Assembly (NCBI GenBank): GCA_047602755.1
Contig: JBLKOM010000002.1
Location: 56,272-120,271 of the forward strand
Source of the DNA: Candidatus Woesearchaeota archaeon
GTDB lineage: Archaea > Nanobdellota > Nanobdellia > Woesearchaeales > JACJVV01
Direction: 5' to 3'
DNA length: 64,000 bases
The translations under genes were made by a program, and so were the position numbers. Below the pieces are notes generated by a model. That model ran no database searches and was not told where the DNA came from. It saw only the letters and a list, made by a program, of their open reading frames with translations. Shown here in pieces: positions 9,656 to 17,942 of this stretch (its first letter is position 1; every line of letters starts with the position of its first letter).

Positions 9656-10465
9656 ATGATTGTTCAAAAAGAATTTTTAAATAAACTAAATGTGCTTGGG
9701 TTAAATTCATATGAAGCAAAATTATGGGCAGCTCTATTGTCCAGAGGCGTTTCTACAGCAGGTGAGTTAAGTGACATAGCAAATGTTCCACGTTCAAGAT
9801 CTTATGATGTACTTGAAAGTCTTGAAAAAAAAGGATTTGTAGTAATGAAGCTAGGAAAGCCTATAAAATATATAGCTGTTAAGCCTTCTGATGTTCTTGA
9901 TCGTGTTAAACAAAGAATAATGGAAGAAGCTGAAAACAGTAGTCAAACTCTTGATAATTTACGCGATAGCGAAATGTTAAATGAATTAAATCTTTTACAT
10001 TCAAAAGGGATTGATATGGTTGATCCTTCAGAACTCTCAGGAAGTTTTAAAGGAAGAAATAATCTATATACTCATTTAGAATCACTTATGAAATCAGCAG
10101 AAAAATCAATCATAGTTGTAACAACACATGATGGTTTAATACGAAAAGCTGATTCATTTAGACGAGTACTTTATCGTGCTAAAGAAAATGGGGTTAAAAT
10201 CCAAATAGTTGCACCAATAAATAAAGATAATATTGAGGCAGCAAGAAAACTTTCAGATTATGCAGATATTAGACATTGTCCAGATATTCTAGGTCGTTTT
10301 ATTGTAGTTGATGATACACAAATAACATTCATGCTTGTTAGCGACTCAGAAGTTCATCCAAATTATGATTCTGGTGTATGGGTAAATTCACCATTTTTTG
10401 CTTCTACAATGTCAAATCTTTTTTCTTTAAATTGGAAAAAATTAACTCCATTAAATAAACTTTAA
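9656..10465 (+). CDS. TrmB-family transcriptional regulator, paralog 1
   Basis: N-terminal TrmB-type winged HTH (YEAKLWAALLSRGVSTAGELSDIANVPRSRSYDVLESLEKKGFV) plus a C-terminal TrmB_C-like domain. The ORF track starts at GTG 9644. The ATG at 9656 (MIVQKEFL) aligns with the paralog's MIVKEEFL start. Confidence 0.7.
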   Translation: MIVQKEFLNKLNVLGLNSYEAKLWAALLSRGVSTAGELSDIANVPRSRSYDVLESLEKKGFVVMKLGKPIKYIAVKPSDVLDRVKQRIMEEAENSSQTLDNLRDSEMLNELNLLHSKGIDMVDPSELSGSFKGRNNLYTHLESLMKSAEKSIIVVTTHDGLIRKADSFRRVLYRAKENGVKIQIVAPINKDNIEAARKLSDYADIRHCPDILGRFIVVDDTQITFMLVSDSEVHPNYDSGVWVNSPFFASTMSNLFSLNWKKLTPLNKL

Positions 10466-10479
10466 GATCACCTCTTTTT

Positions 10480-10514
10480 CCTGGAAAAAATCTCCTCTGG
10501 GGGTTTTTTCCAGG
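10480..10514 (+). terminator. Perfect 11-bp stem hairpin followed by T-run (putative terminator or structured 3' end)
   Basis: cctggaaaaaa-tctcctctggggg-ttttttccagg lies 15 bp after the TrmB paralog-1 stop and is followed by a T-rich tract. Confidence 0.35.
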
Positions 10515-10628
10515 TTTATTGCTCTAGTTGTTAGTATGTAATTATATATGTTATTTATTCTTAAAACCAAGTTTAACTCTTAGATTTTATAGACAAAATA
10601 TATAAATAACATATATGAATATTATTCA

Positions 10629-11498
10629 ATGGTATTTGAATCATTATTAAGTCCAAAATCTGCTGAAAAGTATCCTTGGATGACTTTTTTCCTAGGCTTT
10701 TTTTGTTGTACAATTGCTATATTCCTAGGACATTTTATTTTTCCTAATCATTCATCACTAGCTATAGTTGCTTTATCAACATTATTTTTTGTTCCGTTAT
10801 TTTATTTAACTATGATTTATGAAGAAGAGAAAGATACACAACCTAACCAAACAGAAAAAAAATTAATTTTTGAACATTCAAAAGCGTTCAAATTTTTTAT
10901 TTTTTTATTTTTAGGAATGACTTTAGCTTTCATGTTTTGGTTTATAATTTTTTCATTTTTTCCTTTTTTAGGAATAAATAATGATATCATTTTTAGTGTT
11001 CAAGCAGAAACAATTCAAGCAATAAATGCAAAAGTTACTGCTGATCAAGCCAATTTAATGCTACAGTATGGTACTAATATTTTCCTAAATAATATCAGGG
11101 TTATGATTTTTTGTATTTTATTTTCATTTATATATGGTGCTGGTTCAATTTTTATTATTACATGGAATTCTTCAGTTATAGGGTTGGCTTTAGGAAATTA
11201 TGCTATTTCTATAATTAACTCAGCAACAGGTAATACAGCAGGTGCAATAATATTAGGAACAACTTGTGCTTTTACAAGGTATATGATACATGGAATTCCT
11301 GAAATTCTTGCTTATTTTATCGCAGGACTAGGAGGAGGAATTATTTCTGTAGCTTTAGTTAAGCAAAATTATGGCACAGAAGAGTTTGAATCAATAGTTA
11401 TGGATTCTGCTATTTTAATTTTAATTGCTATAGCTATACTATTTATATCAGCTATAATTGAAGTAGTTATAACGCCAATGGTTATGTGTCGGATTTAA
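10629..11498 (+). CDS. Multi-pass membrane protein (SpoIIM/DUF95-like)
   Basis: 289 aa, about 6 predicted TM helices, Gly-rich C-terminal helices. No catalytic motifs recognised. Confidence 0.4.
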   Translation: MVFESLLSPKSAEKYPWMTFFLGFFCCTIAIFLGHFIFPNHSSLAIVALSTLFFVPLFYLTMIYEEEKDTQPNQTEKKLIFEHSKAFKFFIFLFLGMTLAFMFWFIIFSFFPFLGINNDIIFSVQAETIQAINAKVTADQANLMLQYGTNIFLNNIRVMIFCILFSFIYGAGSIFIITWNSSVIGLALGNYAISIINSATGNTAGAIILGTTCAFTRYMIHGIPEILAYFIAGLGGGIISVALVKQNYGTEEFESIVMDSAILILIAIAILFISAIIEVVITPMVMCRI

Positions 11499-11552
11499 TT
11501 TTTATCTAATATAAATAATTAATACTATATTTGTATTATTTTTTTATTATTT

Positions 11553-12191
11553 TTATTCTAATACTTTAACCTTGCCAGGCGATATTTCAAAGATTTCTCC
11601 TTTTAGCAAAAGCTTTTCAATAGTAGCATCTGGATTATCAATATATTTACTTAATTCACTTACAAAACACCCATCTCCTTTATCCAATTCTTTTATTTTC
11701 AATATTATTGTATCCATTATATCTAGTTCAGGTTCAACTTCGTTTATCTCACTTTTTTTTTCATCTATAGAAGTTATAATGCTTGGATTATTTTTTTGTT
11801 TTAAAGATATTTGTTTTTTCCTATATTCTAACCAACCTTTATTTTCTATTTTCCTTACTATCTCTGCATTGATATAGATTTCATCATTATACTCTCTAGG
11901 TCTACCAATTATCAATACTATATCTCCTATGGTATAATTACTAAAACTAGGTCCATCTTCAAAACTTCTTACTTCAATTTTATTTGAGCCATCATCAATA
12001 AACATTGAATTTACTTTTTCTGGTACAGTGACTACAATCCCTAATATATTTACTCTTGAAATTTTTTCATTAGAAGTAGTTAATACATAATTTGGTTCCC
12101 AACCTTCTTGTTTATAATATTTTCCTTCGACTATTTCTTTTATTGACGCAATTTTCGCAGTTTGTCTCTCAGGTTTTTGTTCAGTTTCCAT
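11553..12191 (-). CDS. RPA32/Stn1-like ssDNA-binding protein candidate (OB fold plus C-terminal winged helix)
   Basis: 212 aa. The central OB-fold signature is RVNILGIVVTV...MFIDDGSNKIEVRSF...IGDIVLIIGRP...IYINAEIV. The C-terminus is wH-like (CFVSELSKYIDNPDATIEKLLLKGEIFEISPGKV). It lies immediately downstream of MCM. Confidence 0.5.
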   Translation of the reverse strand: METEQKPERQTAKIASIKEIVEGKYYKQEGWEPNYVLTTSNEKISRVNILGIVVTVPEKVNSMFIDDGSNKIEVRSFEDGPSFSNYTIGDIVLIIGRPREYNDEIYINAEIVRKIENKGWLEYRKKQISLKQKNNPSIITSIDEKKSEINEVEPELDIMDTIILKIKELDKGDGCFVSELSKYIDNPDATIEKLLLKGEIFEISPGKVKVLE

Positions 12192-12234
12192 TTTTAAAAT
12201 TTATCTAGTATTTTTTAAGATTATTCTTGTTGAT

Positions 12235-14244
12235 TTAAATTTTTTGAATTGAACCACGTTTTGGTTCAAAAATATCTCCACTTCTTTTTAATTTATCGAT
12301 TACTTCACTAATTTCTTCTTCAGACATACCTTTATCTTTTGCCATTTCATCAATATCTTCTATTTTTATGGTTTTTCCAACTTTATTTTCAAGTTCATTG
12401 ATTATTTCTTTAATGATTAGTATTTTATTTCTTTGAGAGCTAGGTGTATCTGTGGCTATTCTATCAACATCAAATGTTCCAGTTTCCTCATCAAAGGCTA
12501 TTAACTTTAAGCAATGATGTACAAGATTTACAGCATTTTGTGCATCAGTTTTGGTTATTTTATCTGCTAGTCGTAATCGCGCATTCGCTTCTGATAACCT
12601 AACTAATCCTTCTAATTGTCTTGCAGTAATTGGAACGCTTTTAGAATTTCCAGAATTCCTCATTTTTAAATAATATTTTTTTAATTCTTCAATCGCACTA
12701 TCTGTTAATTGTGGAAAAACATTTTGTCTAACATATGCTACATATTTTCTAAGAAATTCAGTCTCAAAAGGTGTCGAATCATTATTTGTAGGATTTTGAT
12801 GTACTTTAAGAATAAATGATGCTAATCTATCATCTTTTTTTTCATCAGGTAAATCTTTAACAGGAAAAATTAAATCAAATCTATTAATTAAAGTAACAGG
12901 AAGATTAATTTGTTCTGCTATTGTACTATATGGATCAAACCTTCCAAATTTAGGATTTGCGGCTGCTAATACTGTTGTTTCAGCTCGTAGTGTAGCTTGG
13001 ATATTTGCTTTTGAAATTGTTACAGTCTGCTGTTCTAGTGCTTCATGCATTGCACTAGTATCTTCTTTAGTCATTTTGTCTAATTCATCAATGCAGCACA
13101 TTCCTTTATTAGCTAAAACTAATGCTCCTGCTTCCAAAGCCCAGTCATTTAAGAAATCATCTTTAACGACAGAAGCAGTTAATCCAGCACCACTAGCACC
13201 CTTTCCTGATACATATTTTCCTTTAGGAGATACTTTTTGTATTCTTCTAATCATTTGAGATTTACCACTTCCTGGGTCCCCTACAAGTAATATATGAATA
13301 TCTCCTCTTGTAGTAACTCCGTCATTTCTTACTTTTCGTACTCCTCCCATTAATTGAAGAACTAAAGCCTCTTTTATTAATTCATGTCCATATATACTTG
13401 GAGCAATTGATGTAATTATTTTCTTATGTAATTGGGCATCTTTTGCTGCTTTCTTTATTTCTTCTATATCTTTTTTTGATATTTTAATATCAGTATAATC
13501 TTCTTGAATTGCTTCAGTATTATTTGCTTCAATTAAGAGATCAAAAACTGTACTTTTTGTTCCTGATTTTGTAATAGTTGGTATTTCTTTTACGACTCCA
13601 ATTATTCTTACTGAACTACCAGGACTTGTTTTTTTTTCATTTAATGGAGATACTAAATCATTTTTCAAAAATATATTCATTCTTTTTGGTTGTCCACCAC
13701 CTTCAAGATCTTCACTTAACTCTTCTAATTTTAGATGCTGTGCATCAATTAATTCTTTAGATAATAAATTAAACTTACCTTTTCTTCCACAACCACATTT
13801 ACTTGGTTCTTTGAATTGTTTATCTAATTGTAATATTGGTATAATATTACCACAGCTAGGGCATTCAAATCTTGCAACAGTTACTTGCGGTCTTACATCT
13901 GATTTTTGCCTAACAACTCCTTCAAACCACAATAATTTTCCAAGATGTTCACTTCTTATATCTCTTAATAATATTCGCTGACTTCTTGGAAGATTATCAA
14001 TTCTGACTGTAAAATTTTTGATTATATTTGGTAAATCAAACTGTTCTACAGCAATCTCAAACGCTTTTAATAATTCTTCAGGTTCATCAAGTAATAAATC
14101 AGCTATTTCAGGATTAAACTTAGCTAATAAACTAAAATCAATTTTTAGAGCTTTTTCTCCTTTTCCAATAACTTCTAATAATTTAGAATAATAGTGTCTT
14201 TCAAGAAATTCTTGTAATGTTTTTATTTGTGCTTGGACTTCCAT
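12235..14244 (-). CDS. mcm: MCM replicative helicase
   Basis: 669 aa with an N-terminal zinc finger (CPSCGN...CGCG), Walker A (GDPGSGKSQ), Walker B and arginine-finger region, and a C-terminal wH. No intein. Confidence 0.9.
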   Translation of the reverse strand: MEVQAQIKTLQEFLERHYYSKLLEVIGKGEKALKIDFSLLAKFNPEIADLLLDEPEELLKAFEIAVEQFDLPNIIKNFTVRIDNLPRSQRILLRDIRSEHLGKLLWFEGVVRQKSDVRPQVTVARFECPSCGNIIPILQLDKQFKEPSKCGCGRKGKFNLLSKELIDAQHLKLEELSEDLEGGGQPKRMNIFLKNDLVSPLNEKKTSPGSSVRIIGVVKEIPTITKSGTKSTVFDLLIEANNTEAIQEDYTDIKISKKDIEEIKKAAKDAQLHKKIITSIAPSIYGHELIKEALVLQLMGGVRKVRNDGVTTRGDIHILLVGDPGSGKSQMIRRIQKVSPKGKYVSGKGASGAGLTASVVKDDFLNDWALEAGALVLANKGMCCIDELDKMTKEDTSAMHEALEQQTVTISKANIQATLRAETTVLAAANPKFGRFDPYSTIAEQINLPVTLINRFDLIFPVKDLPDEKKDDRLASFILKVHQNPTNNDSTPFETEFLRKYVAYVRQNVFPQLTDSAIEELKKYYLKMRNSGNSKSVPITARQLEGLVRLSEANARLRLADKITKTDAQNAVNLVHHCLKLIAFDEETGTFDVDRIATDTPSSQRNKILIIKEIINELENKVGKTIKIEDIDEMAKDKGMSEEEISEVIDKLKRSGDIFEPKRGSIQKI

Positions 14245-14293
14245 GTTTATGCTCTTATTTAAGTTTATTTTTGTTTATTTTTTAAAATATAGC

Positions 14294-14307
14294 TAACACT
14301 AGTGTTA
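14294..14307. promoter_or_regulatory. Perfect 14-bp palindrome in the MCM upstream region
   Basis: taacactagtgtta lies about 50 bp upstream of the MCM start codon. The half-site agtgtta recurs at 14331-14337. Confidence 0.2.
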
Positions 14308-14351
14308 AAATATTTTACTTAAAAATGTCCAGTGTTATTGGAAAAGTTTAT

Positions 14352-14906
14352 TTATTTCTTATTTACTTTTTTTAAGTTTTCAATAAGCTTTTCAACAGCA
14401 ATTCCTATTGCATCATCAGATTTTGTTCCTGTGCATACAATTTTTCCATTACTGAACAACAAAAAGGTAGCTTGACAATCTCTAAGTTTATAAACTAATC
14501 CTGGAAACTGTTCTGGTTCATATTCAGTGTTCTCCAGTTTCATAGCAAGTTCATTTAGATTCAAAATAATTCCAATTTCACCAGAAGCGACTATATTTTG
14601 AATAGTTATTTCAGGTTTTACTGTTATTTTAACATTAATTTTTTCTAAACTTTTAATTATTTGTTTAATACTTTCATCAACTTCTTGCATTGTACGTGCA
14701 CCAGTGCATACTATTTTCCCTGATGAAAAAATTAATGCAGATGTTTTTGGTTCTTTTATTCTGATAACTAGTCCAGGAAACTGTTCTGGATTATATTCAG
14801 TATTAGATAATGTAGCTGCCATTTTTTCTAATGGTATTGCTTTTTCGAATGATGTAGAAACAACAATATTTACAATTCTGATATTTTTTGGTTCAGGCTT
14901 TGCCAT
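14352..14906 (-). CDS. tbp: TATA-box binding protein
   Basis: 184 aa with two direct repeats, each containing PEQFPGLV...F.SGKIVCTG. Confidence 0.9.
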   Translation of the reverse strand: MAKPEPKNIRIVNIVVSTSFEKAIPLEKMAATLSNTEYNPEQFPGLVIRIKEPKTSALIFSSGKIVCTGARTMQEVDESIKQIIKSLEKINVKITVKPEITIQNIVASGEIGIILNLNELAMKLENTEYEPEQFPGLVYKLRDCQATFLLFSNGKIVCTGTKSDDAIGIAVEKLIENLKKVNKK

Positions 14907-15153
14907 TTGAGTAACCCCCGAAGATTATATTATATATTTATTTATAAATAAAAAGGAGAGCCTATATTTAAATACTTCGTTTTGAAAATAACCATTTTAA
15001 GATATATATTTTTAAATGATGCTGCCCCCATCATTTCAGATGTAATTTTAATATAAATTTATTTTTTTATTTATACTTATTTACGATATTCGTATTTATT
15101 TTAAATATGAAAATAAATGTTATTATGTTGCGTTATATTTCTAAATTTATTTT

Positions 15154-16068
15154 TTATGCTTGGACTTTTTTAGCATCTTTAAATGCTTTTTCTGTTTCAT
15201 TATATGCCATTTCTTCATATGAAATAAGTACTTTAACAGATAAAACAATTTCATCTAATATCTTTGTTTTTCGATGCAATTTTTTTGCTATTTTTTTTAC
15301 GATATCTTGTTCAACAGCAGTCTTATCAGAATGTGATTTTGCAAATTTTATTATATTTAAATTTAAATGTGATATCTCTCTACAACGCATTCTTGTTTCT
15401 TGGAGTTCATGCAATATCTTTTTCTCAATTGTCATTATTTTTTCAAGCTCTAATTCTTCTTCTCGTATCTCTCTGTCCTGATATTTAGCAGCTTTCTTTT
15501 GTGTTTTACTTAAGCCGCCTTCAGCTTTTAGTTCTCGTTCAAATGAATCAAAACTATGAATATCACGATGTAATAATCTATCTTCTTTAGTAACAAATTC
15601 AAGAATACGTTCACTTATATTTTCAGGTTTTAGTAATAATTTCCAAATTTGGTCAATTAATTCATTTTCTTCTAAACATATCTTTTCAATTTCTCCTGAT
15701 TGAGGAATACCTACTCCTGTTTTTTCAATATGCTCTCTTCTTTCTCTTCGTAATAATTTTTCAATGAATGGAACTATTTTTATTTTTTCTAATTTAATTT
15801 TATGTTCTAACTCACTTATCTTATGCATAATTTCATATGAAATTTTTTGTTCTTGTTTTTCTACATATTCAATTTTAGGAATAGTTTCGATTAATTTTGC
15901 TTCTTCTTTCATTATGTTTTCTCTTTCTTCTTCCATTCGTCTTTCATACTTAATTCTATTTTTCTCTGCATGTCTTCCATGTCCTCTTCTAATAAACTTC
16001 CATGTTAGAAATAAAATTAAGACAACTAATACTAAATCTGCAATTCCAATTATACTTTCGATATCCAT
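15154..16068 (-). CDS. N-terminally anchored, highly charged coiled-coil protein (hypothetical)
   Basis: 304 aa with one N-terminal TM helix, then E/K/R-rich heptad-like sequence throughout. The start is 5 bp downstream of the preceding membrane-protein gene, so they are probably co-transcribed. Confidence 0.4.
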   Translation of the reverse strand: MDIESIIGIADLVLVVLILFLTWKFIRRGHGRHAEKNRIKYERRMEEERENIMKEEAKLIETIPKIEYVEKQEQKISYEIMHKISELEHKIKLEKIKIVPFIEKLLRRERREHIEKTGVGIPQSGEIEKICLEENELIDQIWKLLLKPENISERILEFVTKEDRLLHRDIHSFDSFERELKAEGGLSKTQKKAAKYQDREIREEELELEKIMTIEKKILHELQETRMRCREISHLNLNIIKFAKSHSDKTAVEQDIVKKIAKKLHRKTKILDEIVLSVKVLISYEEMAYNETEKAFKDAKKVQA

Positions 16069-16073
16069 TTTAT

Positions 16074-16646
16074 TTAATTTCCTTTAATATTGAGGTATAA
16101 TCCTAATGGTATTAATATGAATAGTCCTGTAATTAAGATTAAAAATGCACTACTTGTTCTTCCCATATTATACATAAGGTAAAAATATAATCCTCCTGCA
16201 ATTGTTAATGAAAATAAAAGCCTAGTGATATTATCACTGTTTTGCATTCCTGAGTAGATACTCCATGCTAAGAATGCACAAGTAGCAAAAATAATTAATA
16301 CTCCCCAAGGCCCAGTTATTGCTGAAATAAATGCATCTACGGAACTCCCAGGTTCTTTTATAAAACCCCATCCAATTGAAATAACTGATAATAATGAAAT
16401 GCACCAAGCAACAATATTTCCTTGGGAATTAACAGTATTTTGCTCACTACCTTTGAAAACAGGAACTCTGCTTAATAATATCCTAACAAGGTTCCATATC
16501 ATTATTGTTAATATTGTAAGAAGAACAAAGAATAATGCCATTTCATTTTGAAATATGCCCTTTACAAATTCTCCAAGAATCCTAATTCCTTCGATAAGGT
16601 CATTTATTGCAGGATCTGATACCATATTTTTATATTTCAAGTTCAA
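16074..16646 (-). CDS. Membrane protein, about 5 TM helices (hypothetical)
   Basis: 190 aa, hydrophobic throughout. It is divergent from TrmB paralog 2. Confidence 0.4.
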   Translation of the reverse strand: MNLKYKNMVSDPAINDLIEGIRILGEFVKGIFQNEMALFFVLLTILTIMIWNLVRILLSRVPVFKGSEQNTVNSQGNIVAWCISLLSVISIGWGFIKEPGSSVDAFISAITGPWGVLIIFATCAFLAWSIYSGMQNSDNITRLLFSLTIAGGLYFYLMYNMGRTSSAFLILITGLFILIPLGLYLNIKGN

Positions 16647-17022
16647 GCATATATAAAATTATTTCTTTTTCTTAATGAAGTATATAGATAGTTAGCGTTT
16701 TTTAATAAAAATAATTTATTTACATTACTATCAAATTAGAATGGTTATAAGTCTTTTTTTGGAATAAACTTTATTATAGCTTATTGCTATACTATTTTTT
16801 AACATTTATGATTTAACATTCTAAATTGAATAATCTAAATTTTTATAAATCTAATTCACAGTATAGTTTAGTATTGTCACATTGTTGGAGTTAAAAAAAG
16901 TATAATTATAATTCGTAGTAACTGTTACATAGATAAAAACCGTAACATATTAATAGTAGTACACTTTTTTTATTGTTGTGTTGGGACAACAACCCAATAA
17001 AAAAAGAGGGGGAAGGTATAAA

Positions 17023-17838
17023 ATGATTGTCAAAGAGGAATTTTTAAACAAATTAAGACGTTTTTTTTCATTAAATCTCTATGAGGTTAAAATTTGGGCA
17101 GCTTTATTGTCTAGAGGAGTTTCTACAGCTGGTGAGTTAAGTGATATTGCAAATGTTCCGCGTTCAAGATCTTATGATGTTCTTGAAAGTTTAGAAAAGA
17201 AGGGTTTTGTCGTTATGAAATTAGGAAAACCTATCAAATATATTGCTATTTCTCCTTCTGAAGTTGTTGAGCGCGTTAAGAAAAATATGAAAATAGAAGC
17301 TGACGAAAAGATAAAACGACTTGAAGATTTAAAAGATAATGAACTTCTTGAAGAATTAAATACATTGCATTCACAAGGAGTTGAATTAGTTGAACCTACT
17401 GATTTATCAGGTAGTTTGAAAGGTAGACATAATTTATACAATCATCTTGAATTAACAATCAGAAATGCAGAAGATACTGTCGAAATAATGACAACATCAC
17501 AGGGCTTAATGCGTAAAATCGAAGGTCTTAAACCTGTTTTTGAAAAACTCAAAAAACGTGGTGTTAAAATTAGAATTGCAGCACCTATAACCAAGCAAAA
17601 CATGTCAGCAGTAAAAGACATTTCATCAGTAGCTGAAGTAAAGCATACAGATGCAAAAGCAAGATTTACTATTGTTGATGGAAAAGAACTTATCTTTATG
17701 GTAATGGACGATGAAGAAGTTCATCCTACATATGATATTGGTATATGGGTAAATACTCCTTTTTTTGCATCTGCTCTTCAAACATTATTTGAAGTTGCTT
17801 GGAAAGGACTAAAAAAAGTTGATGTTAAAGCAAAATAA
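17023..17838 (+). CDS. TrmB-family transcriptional regulator, paralog 2
   Basis: Same architecture as 9656..10465. The ATG at 17023 is preceded by GAGGGGGAAGG (Shine-Dalgarno). The track's GTG start at 16978 adds 15 unmatched residues. Confidence 0.7.
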   Translation: MIVKEEFLNKLRRFFSLNLYEVKIWAALLSRGVSTAGELSDIANVPRSRSYDVLESLEKKGFVVMKLGKPIKYIAISPSEVVERVKKNMKIEADEKIKRLEDLKDNELLEELNTLHSQGVELVEPTDLSGSLKGRHNLYNHLELTIRNAEDTVEIMTTSQGLMRKIEGLKPVFEKLKKRGVKIRIAAPITKQNMSAVKDISSVAEVKHTDAKARFTIVDGKELIFMVMDDEEVHPTYDIGIWVNTPFFASALQTLFEVAWKGLKKVDVKAK

Positions 17839-17942
17839 TTTAACTTGTTGCTTTATCCAATAAAATTAATGCATATTACTGCATTGATTATTTTTATTTT
17901 TCTACACAATTTTTATAAAGATTTTACTAATTTAATTAAATA

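Noticed and set aside
11572-11877. 101-aa ORF antisense to the OB-fold gene
   Set aside because: S/I/F-rich shadow frame within a gene that has clear OB and wH structure.
13076-13760. Two 60-aa antisense ORFs inside MCM
   Set aside because: Within the confidently called MCM CDS.
14704-14910. 68-aa ORF antisense to TBP
   Set aside because: Inside tbp, which has an unmistakable duplicated TBP fold.
15107-16087. Three plus-strand ORFs (124, 74 and 107 aa) antisense to the coiled-coil gene
   Set aside because: The K/E-rich minus-strand gene generates F/L/S-rich open frames on the opposite strand. They have no independent support.
17172-17441. 89-aa antisense ORF in TrmB paralog 2
   Set aside because: Shadow frame. 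The sense gene is conserved with its paralog.
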